In this document: one piece after another, positions 57,701 to 64,000 of the stretch
Position numbering within the stretch: the stretch's first letter is position 1
Layout of the letters: the number at the start of each line of letters is the position of its first letter
Source: Eubacteriales bacterium
GTDB lineage: Bacteria; Bacillota; Clostridia; Oscillospirales; UMGS1783
Length of the DNA: 64,000 bases
NCBI GenBank assembly: GCA_045595395.1
Contig: JAZOAH010000016.1
Coordinates: 128,212-192,211 of the forward strand
Direction of reading: 5' to 3'
The notes under the pieces: model-generated
Database searches by the model: none
What the model was told of the DNA's origin: nothing
What the model saw: the letters and a program-made list of their open reading frames with translations, nothing else
Translations under genes and position numbers: made by a program

Positions 57701-58795
57701 TTATCCGAGGACCTGACACAGGGCCAGGCCGATATAGTAGGCGCTTCGTTTGGCTTCGGTCAAGGTGTTGCCGGTGGTGCCGACCTCGATGAGCAGTGCG
57801 CCTTTGGAGCGGTTTTGATTGTAGGTTGAGGTACGCACCAACATGGCGCGGCTGATACCGGGGCAAACCTTTTCCACCTCGCTTTGCAGGGTAAGACCGA
57901 ACCGAATATTATCCCGCCAATGCGGATTGACCTTATCCGCATCGTTGCCGACTCCGGCGATCATCATGATCTGCGCCACATCCATGCCGTCCTTTTCGAC
58001 GACGGGGCGGTATTTCCCGCCACCCGAGGTATATACGGCGTCACGATGCAGATCCAGCACGACACGAATGCTCGGATATTGCTCCAGGATCGCTGCGACG
58101 GCCGCATCGGAGCGGGAATAGGCGCCGGTGTATGTAGTATCAAAAACGTCGGTGCAATGGATGACCTCGACCCCGCCGGCCCTAAGTGTCTGCGCCAACA
58201 CATCGCCTACCGCCACCACACTTTTTCCGATATCATTGACATGTGTCACCTCGGGCGAGGCAAAGACCTCGCCGGTATTGTTATAGGATTCACGGGAATG
58301 GGTATGAAAGATCAACACCTGCGGTCCATCCCTCTCCTGCCCCAGATCCAGCGGCTGCTGCATGAGCGTCTGCACATCATAGCTCATCGTGCTTTTGTTG
58401 CGAATATAGCCGCCGCCCCAGCCGTCATAGCCCGCCGATTCGTTGGGATGCAGATCGGTGCGCACCACCGAGTACAGTGGCTCACCCGACTGCTCCGGGA
58501 ACACCTCATCCTGCGCCAGCGTTTCCAGGATGTCATCGGCTTGCACCTGCTTTTCAAAAAAGGATTCCCAAAAGGTGCCGGTAAAGATGGGAGCGTGCCC
58601 TTTACTGCCAATGAAATTGGGCATCATCAGCGTCACAAAGGCATCGGCACGGATGCTGCTGCCGCTATCAAGCGTAGGCAGTCCGATGCCCAGCGCCAAA
58701 CGGCCGCCCAGTTTTCCACTCATCCCGATAGCCGTTACCAAGATCGTGCATAGGCAAAGCAATGCTGCCGCCGCCTGTCCCCATCGTCTGTTCAT
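57701..58795 (-). CDS. spoIIP: Stage II sporulation protein P
   Basis: Signal anchor, VLIFHTHSRESY (SpoIIP HTH..ES motif), VVLDLHRD, and ALLIEVGTTGNTL. Start set at the second ATG, 58795 (AGGTGA spacing). Confidence 0.9.
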   Translation of the reverse strand: MNRRWGQAAAALLCLCTILVTAIGMSGKLGGRLALGIGLPTLDSGSSIRADAFVTLMMPNFIGSKGHAPIFTGTFWESFFEKQVQADDILETLAQDEVFPEQSGEPLYSVVRTDLHPNESAGYDGWGGGYIRNKSTMSYDVQTLMQQPLDLGQERDGPQVLIFHTHSRESYNNTGEVFASPEVTHVNDIGKSVVAVGDVLAQTLRAGGVEVIHCTDVFDTTYTGAYSRSDAAVAAILEQYPSIRVVLDLHRDAVYTSGGGKYRPVVEKDGMDVAQIMMIAGVGNDADKVNPHWRDNIRFGLTLQSEVEKVCPGISRAMLVRTSTYNQNRSKGALLIEVGTTGNTLTEAKRSAYYIGLALCQVLG

Positions 58796-58837
58796 AGTCA
58801 TTCACCTCTGCCCTATCCTATGAACGATGGGGGGAAC

Positions 58838-59677
58838 CTATGACAGCAAACTATCCATATCCTCCACGCTCATGCCGTTGTGCGCATAGTGATTGATGGC
58901 ATAGCCAAGCAAGCGTGCCGCACGGCCGATGAGAAGGTCGATGCTTTTGGGGGTTACGATCAGGTCATCCTCGCCTTGTCCGGCCAGTGCGGCGGCGGTG
59001 ATGACCATGGGGATCCCGACGGCAATGACCGGCACGCCCATGGTTTGTTTGGAAAGCTCAAAGCGACGGTTACCGATGCCGCTGCCGGGGGTGATGCCGG
59101 TGTCGGACAACTGCACGGTGGAGCACAGACGATTACGATCCATGGCCGCCAGTGAATCAATGACGATCAACGCCGAGGGCTTAACTATTTGGCTGACCGC
59201 TCGGATGATATCGGCGCTCTCCACCCCGGTCTGACCCAATACGCCCGGCGCAATGGCCGCCACCTCGCCCAGCTTCATTTGTTTATACATATCAGGTAGG
59301 CTGGTTTTGACATGGCGGGACACGATCACATGCGCTACTGTGCGTGGCCCCAGCGCATCGGGGGTGACCGAGCCATTGCCCAGGCCCGCCACCATTATGC
59401 GGGAACTATCGTCGACCAAATGCCTGATCTCCCCTGCCACGGCACGGATCATGGAGAGCAACGTTTGCCCATCGGCATGCTCAAGTCCCTGACATTCAAG
59501 CGTATGATAATGTCCGGGATGGCGGCCGATCTGCCGGGCCTGATTCTCATCCAGGGAAATTCTGCGAATTTTTACACCAAAAACTTCAGTTTGACTTGAC
59601 ATCGGCTCTTTTGTCGAGTATAATTCAGGATGTGCATCAATAAGCTCGCAAACAAGGTCGGTACGAAGGTCGGTCAT
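58838..59677 (-). CDS. gpr: Germination protease (GPR endopeptidase)
   Basis: RTDLVCE.., VAGLGNGSVTPDALGP, IAPGVLGQTGVES, VIDSLAA, VQLSDTGITPGSGIGN, and GVPVIAVGIP align along B. subtilis Gpr. Start set at ATG 59677; the track start GTG lies inside the AGGTGA RBS. Confidence 0.92.
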   Translation of the reverse strand: MTDLRTDLVCELIDAHPELYSTKEPMSSQTEVFGVKIRRISLDENQARQIGRHPGHYHTLECQGLEHADGQTLLSMIRAVAGEIRHLVDDSSRIMVAGLGNGSVTPDALGPRTVAHVIVSRHVKTSLPDMYKQMKLGEVAAIAPGVLGQTGVESADIIRAVSQIVKPSALIVIDSLAAMDRNRLCSTVQLSDTGITPGSGIGNRRFELSKQTMGVPVIAVGIPMVITAAALAGQGEDDLIVTPKSIDLLIGRAARLLGYAINHYAHNGMSVEDMDSLLS

Positions 59678-59742
59678 GTTATTCACCTCTCAGATAATAT
59701 GTCCGATTGCGTAATTTTTTATTCCTCTTCGTCAAAAAACTC

Positions 59743-59772
59743 TTGACTTTGCGTGGTTATTATGATTATAAT
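59743..59772 (+). promoter_or_regulatory. Candidate sigma-A promoter of rpsT
   Basis: TTGACT-N18-TATAAT, about 36 nt upstream of the TTG start. Confidence 0.5.
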
Positions 59773-59808
59773 ATTTAGAATGAAAAAATGTAAGAGAGGT
59801 GCTTAGTT

Positions 59809-60075
59809 TTGCCGAACATCAAGTCTGCCAAGAAGAGAGTAAAGACCACCGAGGCCAGAACTCTTCGCAATAAAATGATCAAATCCGATATGAAGACCGC
59901 CATCAAAAAGCTCGATGCCGCTATCGTCGAGGGCAACAAGGATGCGATCGATACCACCTTCCGTGCCGCCGTCAAGACGGTTGACCAGGCTACGGCTAAG
60001 GGCGTTCTCAAGAAGAACACCGCTTCCCGCAAGAAGGCTCAGATGGCTATTAAGGTCAACAAGGCCAACGCATAA
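59809..60075 (+). CDS. rpsT: 30S ribosomal protein S20
   Basis: (M)PNIKSAKKRVKTTEARTLRNK.. is the canonical S20 N-terminus. TTG start with a GAGAGGTG RBS. Confidence 0.95.
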   Translation: MPNIKSAKKRVKTTEARTLRNKMIKSDMKTAIKKLDAAIVEGNKDAIDTTFRAAVKTVDQATAKGVLKKNTASRKKAQMAIKVNKANA

Positions 60076-60085
60076 GTACAAACAA

Positions 60086-60120
60086 AAAGGGCTCAGCCAA
60101 TCGGCTGAGCCTTTTCTTTT
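60086..60120. terminator. Bidirectional terminator (rpsT / nadC)
   Basis: aagggctcagcc-aatc-ggctgagcctt with T-runs on both strands. Confidence 0.85.
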
Positions 60121-60953
60121 TATTCCCGAAATTCCAGTGAGATGTCCATGGCCGCAACCGAATGGGTCAGACCGCCGATGGAGATGATGTCCACACCGCA
60201 GGCCGCCACCTCACGGATGTCCCGCTTGTGCATGTTGCCGCTGGCCTCCACAATGGCACGGCCATTGATAAACTGCACCGCCTGGGTCATCTGCTCGGGG
60301 GTCATATTGTCGAGCATGATGATATCAGCGCCGGCCTCGACCGATTCCTTGACCTGTTCGAGGGTGTCGCACTCAATCTCGATCTTAAGCACAAAGGGCA
60401 CATTGGTGCGGGCTGCCCGGATCGCCGCCGTCACACCGCCGGCCGCCTTGATATGGTTATCCTTAATGAGCACGCCATCGGACAGGCAGAAGCGATGATT
60501 GCCGCAGCCGCCGGTCTTGACGGCGTATTTCTCCAGCGCACGCAGACCCGGCGTGGTTTTGCGGGTATCGACCACGGTGGCCGGATAGTCCTTGACCAGA
60601 TCCTTGTAATAGGCCGAGATGGTAGCAATGGCGCACATGCGCTGCATCATATTCAGCGCCGTGCGTTCGGCCGTCAAGATGCTGCGGGCGTTGCCCGAAA
60701 CAGTGGCAATGCTCTCCCCTGCCTTGACACGCTCTCCCTCTTTTTTGATGGGGGTGAAAACGATGGAGCTATCCACCAGTTCAAAGCAGCGAGCGGCGAC
60801 AAAGGTGCCGCAGACGACGCCGTCGACACGGCTGATAAAGTCACCGGTGATCACGGCATCGGCCGCAATGGTCGATTCGGTGGTGATATCTCCCGTACCG
60901 ATATCCTCTCGCAGAGCCAATTTCAGAATGTCATCGTAAACAGAAGTCAACAT
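60120..60953 (-). CDS. nadC: Nicotinate-nucleotide diphosphorylase (carboxylating)
   Basis: ALREDIGTGDITT, TRKTTPGLR..EKYAV..GG, IMLDNM, and EASGN. Start set at ATG 60953 (GGAGG 9 nt upstream, inside the nadB 3' end). Confidence 0.92.
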   Translation of the reverse strand: MLTSVYDDILKLALREDIGTGDITTESTIAADAVITGDFISRVDGVVCGTFVAARCFELVDSSIVFTPIKKEGERVKAGESIATVSGNARSILTAERTALNMMQRMCAIATISAYYKDLVKDYPATVVDTRKTTPGLRALEKYAVKTGGCGNHRFCLSDGVLIKDNHIKAAGGVTAAIRAARTNVPFVLKIEIECDTLEQVKESVEAGADIIMLDNMTPEQMTQAVQFINGRAIVEASGNMHKRDIREVAACGVDIISIGGLTHSVAAMDISLEFRE

Positions 60954-60954
60954 G

Positions 60955-62490
60955 TTATTCATCCTCCCTATAATGTCCGCCGACGCTTTCCTTGCGGGCC
61001 AAAGCCCCTTCCAGCACGGCACGGCCGACACAGGCCATATTATATGCTTCCACATGGGACAGTTTTTCTAATTTCCGGTCTTCCAGTTCTTCCACGATAT
61101 GATTGAGCGTCTTGATCCCTCGTTGCATATCCTTAGCATTGCGGATGATGCCGCCATCCTCCATCATGGTGCGGCGGATGCGCTCCCGATAGTCGCTGAC
61201 TCGTTCCCGATCCTCGCGGTAAGCCATTGGCTCGATCTGCGGCAATATCGAAGTTAAGGTACGACCGCAATCGGCTATGTACCGGGCGCAGCGACGGCCA
61301 AAGACCAAGCATTCCAGCAGCGAGTTGGAGGCCAGGCGGTTGGCGCCGTGTACCCCGGTGCAGGACGATTCACCCACGCAGTACAGACCCTCGATGTTAG
61401 TTCCGGCATACAGATCGGTCACGATACCACCCATGAAATAATGTTGGGTGGGCAGCACAGGGATGCGCTGTTTGGTGATATCGATTCCATGCTTTAAACA
61501 TGACTCATAGATGGTCGGGAATCGCTTGGCGGCAAAGTCGGCGCCCTTATAGGCGATATCCAGATAGGCTTTGTCGGTCCCGGTTGCTCGCAGGTGCTTG
61601 TAAATGGCACGGGCCACAATATCACGTGGTGCCAGGTCTTCCAGTTCATGCTTGCCCTTCATGATCCGCTCGCCGTACTCGTCGTAGAGCAGGCCGCCGT
61701 CTCCTCGCACCGCTTCGGATATCAGAAAGACCTGACCGTGAACATCGGGCAGTGCCAGACCGGTGGGATGGAACTGGACAAACTCCATGTTTTTCAGTAC
61801 CGCACCGGCACGGGCTGCAGCGGCAATGCCGTCGCCCGTAGAAGCTGCGGGATTGGTGGTGTATTTATAGATACGGCCGATACCGCCGGTACACAGCACC
61901 ACATGCGCACTGGCAACAAAGATCGGCTCACGGTCTTGCAGAATCACGCCGCACACACCGGCATCGTCGGTCACGACATCGGTCATTACCACGTTCTCCC
62001 ACACCGTAATGTTGGGCTGATCCTCCATCTGTCGGCCAAGGCTTTGCACCAACACACGGCCGGTGGCATCTCCGCCGCAATGGACGATACGGTGGGCGCT
62101 GTGTCCGCCCTCTCGGCCGCAGGCAAGATTGCCGTCGGCGTCCCGATCAAAGGGCACGCCAAGATCGGCCAGATGTGCGATCGCCTGCGGTCCTTCATTC
62201 ACCAGAGTGCGTACCGCCTCCTCGTCGCACAGGCCTGCGCCGGCTACCAGCGTATCCTGCAGATGAGCCTGACAGGTATCGCCCGGCAGCGTTACCGCCG
62301 CCACGCCGCCCTGGGCATGCCAGGAACTGGACACCTGCTCGTCTTTTTTTCTTACGACCAGGATCTGCAGGGACTCAGGCAGGGACAGCGCCGTATAGAT
62401 CCCGGCCAGTCCGCCGCCGATGATAACCACATCGTACCGCTCCTGCTTGATCGATCGCAGATCATTATGATAAATATAGCGTCTCACCAA
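60955..62490 (-). CDS. nadB: L-aspartate oxidase
   Basis: FAD motif YDVVIIGGGLAGIY, then SSWHAQGG, FVQFHPT, GLYCVGESSCTGVHGANRLASNSLLE, and ESVGGHYRED. Confidence 0.93.
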   Translation of the reverse strand: MVRRYIYHNDLRSIKQERYDVVIIGGGLAGIYTALSLPESLQILVVRKKDEQVSSSWHAQGGVAAVTLPGDTCQAHLQDTLVAGAGLCDEEAVRTLVNEGPQAIAHLADLGVPFDRDADGNLACGREGGHSAHRIVHCGGDATGRVLVQSLGRQMEDQPNITVWENVVMTDVVTDDAGVCGVILQDREPIFVASAHVVLCTGGIGRIYKYTTNPAASTGDGIAAAARAGAVLKNMEFVQFHPTGLALPDVHGQVFLISEAVRGDGGLLYDEYGERIMKGKHELEDLAPRDIVARAIYKHLRATGTDKAYLDIAYKGADFAAKRFPTIYESCLKHGIDITKQRIPVLPTQHYFMGGIVTDLYAGTNIEGLYCVGESSCTGVHGANRLASNSLLECLVFGRRCARYIADCGRTLTSILPQIEPMAYREDRERVSDYRERIRRTMMEDGGIIRNAKDMQRGIKTLNHIVEELEDRKLEKLSHVEAYNMACVGRAVLEGALARKESVGGHYREDE

Positions 62491-62504
62491 ACCATCTCTC
62501 CTGA

Positions 62505-62966
62505 TTATTTTTGTTGTCGAGCACGCCGCAAAGAGGCAAAAAATTCACTCAGCAAGGCCGAACATTCCTCGGCACAGATGCCGCCTTGGCTCTGTACTCG
62601 GAAGATTTCGGGCAGTTCAAACAAGTTGATCAATGACCCGACGGCGCCGCCTTTGGGGTCGCTGGCCCCAAAATAGACGGTACGGATACGGGAATTGATG
62701 ATCGCCCCGGCACACATGGGACAGGGCTCTAAGGTGACATACAGGTCGCAATCGCACAGCCGCCAGCTGCCAACCGTTTTACAGGCTGCGTCGATAGCCT
62801 CGATCTCAGCATGGCACAGCGAATTTTGCAGGGCTTCCCGCCGATTGCGGCCTTCACCGACGATCTGATCGTTATAGACGATCACGGCACCGACCGGCAC
62901 CTCACCCTCGGCCGCCGCCTCACTTGCCAGTTCCATGGCACGGCGCATATACCGCTCATCCATCAT
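62505..62966 (-). CDS. tadA: tRNA adenosine(34) deaminase
   Basis: Zinc motifs CHAEIEAI and PCPMCAGAI, plus VPVGAVIV. Start set at ATG 62966 (ATGA overlap with the upstream stop). Confidence 0.92.
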   Translation of the reverse strand: MMDERYMRRAMELASEAAAEGEVPVGAVIVYNDQIVGEGRNRREALQNSLCHAEIEAIDAACKTVGSWRLCDCDLYVTLEPCPMCAGAIINSRIRTVYFGASDPKGGAVGSLINLFELPEIFRVQSQGGICAEECSALLSEFFASLRRARQQK

Positions 62967-63928
62967 AACAGCGGCACCGTCAGCACCGTGGCCGCTAAGG
63001 CCAGTGAGCAGCATACAATAAAGAGCGGACTAGTCAGCGAAGCGGCCATAGCCCGACCGCCAGACAGAGGTGTCGGCACATCGGCCTCCTTATGGGACAG
63101 CCCAAGCACGACCAGGGCCGTCAAGCCGATCACAAACAATGCTGCCCAGCCGAGCATATACATGCGCTGCATCTCCATTGCGCCGTCATAGCGATAATAC
63201 AAATATTCACTGAAATAGGCAAAGCCGTTATTGACGGCATGAATGAGTACACTGCTCCAGATCGAGCCGGTGCGCAGATAGACATAGCCCATCAGCAGCC
63301 CAGCCGCAAAGGCAAAGGGGATCTGATCCACCGTCATGTGCATGAGAGAAAACAGGATGGACGAGAGAATGACCGCCGCCGTGCGGTTATACTGTGCCAA
63401 GCGGCCGCAGATGACGCCACGGAAACAAAACTCTTCCAAAACGGCCGGCGCGATCACCAGGATCACAAAATAAAGGATATTGGATACCGCATCCTCGCCA
63501 AAGCTCAACCATTCTGCAGCATCGGCCAGTACGCCGACACGGGCAAAGATCAGGCTTCCGGCATCGGATAGAATGGCACATACATAGTTGACAGCCAGGA
63601 CACCGAAGCAACCCAACAGGGCTACACCCAACTTCGGGCCTCGATCGATATAGAAATAGTCAGTCACCCGATCTTGGCTTCTTACCAGAAAGAAAATACC
63701 AAGAGGCGCAGCAAACATCAAAATATAGGTACCCAGATAGGCCAGCAGCATCAGCCGGTCGGCATGGATATTCGTGACGGTGCTTCCCGCTGCGGCCTCC
63801 ATGCCAAGAAGGGTGAGTACACCGCCGGCCAACCCGTTTACGACCGAGTAAAGCATAAAGATCAGACACAAGACCGTGACCTCTCGGCGCATGGCTGTAT
63901 GATGATCGATTTCTGCTATCGGCTGCAT
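62963..63928 (-). CDS. CPBP-family intramembrane glutamic endopeptidase (CAAX protease/Abi family)
   Basis: Polytopic membrane protein with the three CPBP motifs EEFCFRG, FSLMHM and HAVNN. Confidence 0.8.
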   Translation of the reverse strand: MQPIAEIDHHTAMRREVTVLCLIFMLYSVVNGLAGGVLTLLGMEAAAGSTVTNIHADRLMLLAYLGTYILMFAAPLGIFFLVRSQDRVTDYFYIDRGPKLGVALLGCFGVLAVNYVCAILSDAGSLIFARVGVLADAAEWLSFGEDAVSNILYFVILVIAPAVLEEFCFRGVICGRLAQYNRTAAVILSSILFSLMHMTVDQIPFAFAAGLLMGYVYLRTGSIWSSVLIHAVNNGFAYFSEYLYYRYDGAMEMQRMYMLGWAALFVIGLTALVVLGLSHKEADVPTPLSGGRAMAASLTSPLFIVCCSLALAATVLTVPLL

Positions 63929-64000
63929 AACACCGCCCCTTTCCTATAATTAGAAATATTATAACATACTGCTTTACAAAAATCAATTCTTTTCCCGACA

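Noticed and set aside
57522-57866. The full 114-aa minus-strand ORF.
   Set aside because: Its first 56 codons overlap the spoIIP 3' end in another frame. Only the distal 58 codons (from GTG 57698) lie in intergenic DNA, and even that is reported only at low confidence.

Overview
This is a chromosomal segment from an endospore-forming Firmicute of the Clostridia type; sigK, spoIIID, spoIIP, gpr and yabP/yabQ/divIC are all present. Genes are densely packed and mostly on the minus strand. Most of the content is core housekeeping:
- Replication, translation and secretion: ftsH-hpt-tilS, dnaB-rplI, secG, a ParE/ParC-like type IIA topoisomerase pair, plsY-der, yceD-rpmF, pcrA, yebC, rpsT.
- Cell envelope: murT/gatD, a PrsA-like PPIase, a processive GT2 synthase.
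- Metabolism and ion handling: coaX plus an ECF S-component, PFOR (nifJ), a small alarmone synthetase, asnA, copA, and tadA-nadB-nadC.
- Five tRNA genes: Thr-GGU, Trp-CCA, Lys-UUU, Leu-CAA, Pro-GGG.

An accessory carbohydrate block lies at about 29.8-46.1 kb. It holds a large secreted GH36-like protein, a glycyl-radical-enzyme/activase/GH3 operon, an AraC regulator with fucI-fucA-kinase, luxS and a Zn-ADH.

I saw no rRNA, no CRISPR array and no intact mobile element. Many long ORFs in the track are antisense shadows of real genes and are rejected.

The observations most worth a second look are:
- An unusually short glycyl radical enzyme that is translationally coupled to its activase and to a cytoplasmic GH3 glycosidase.
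- A GatD partner of MurT that appears to lack the catalytic Cys and His.
- A P-II-like small protein coupled to a membrane-only cation/proton antiporter.
- A 15-nt duplication of the tRNA-Pro 3' end that brackets a 274-bp AT-rich insert, which looks like an integration scar.
- Several intrinsic terminators placed immediately in front of the next gene's RBS.

All calls come from reading the translations and the DNA by eye. No database search was run.
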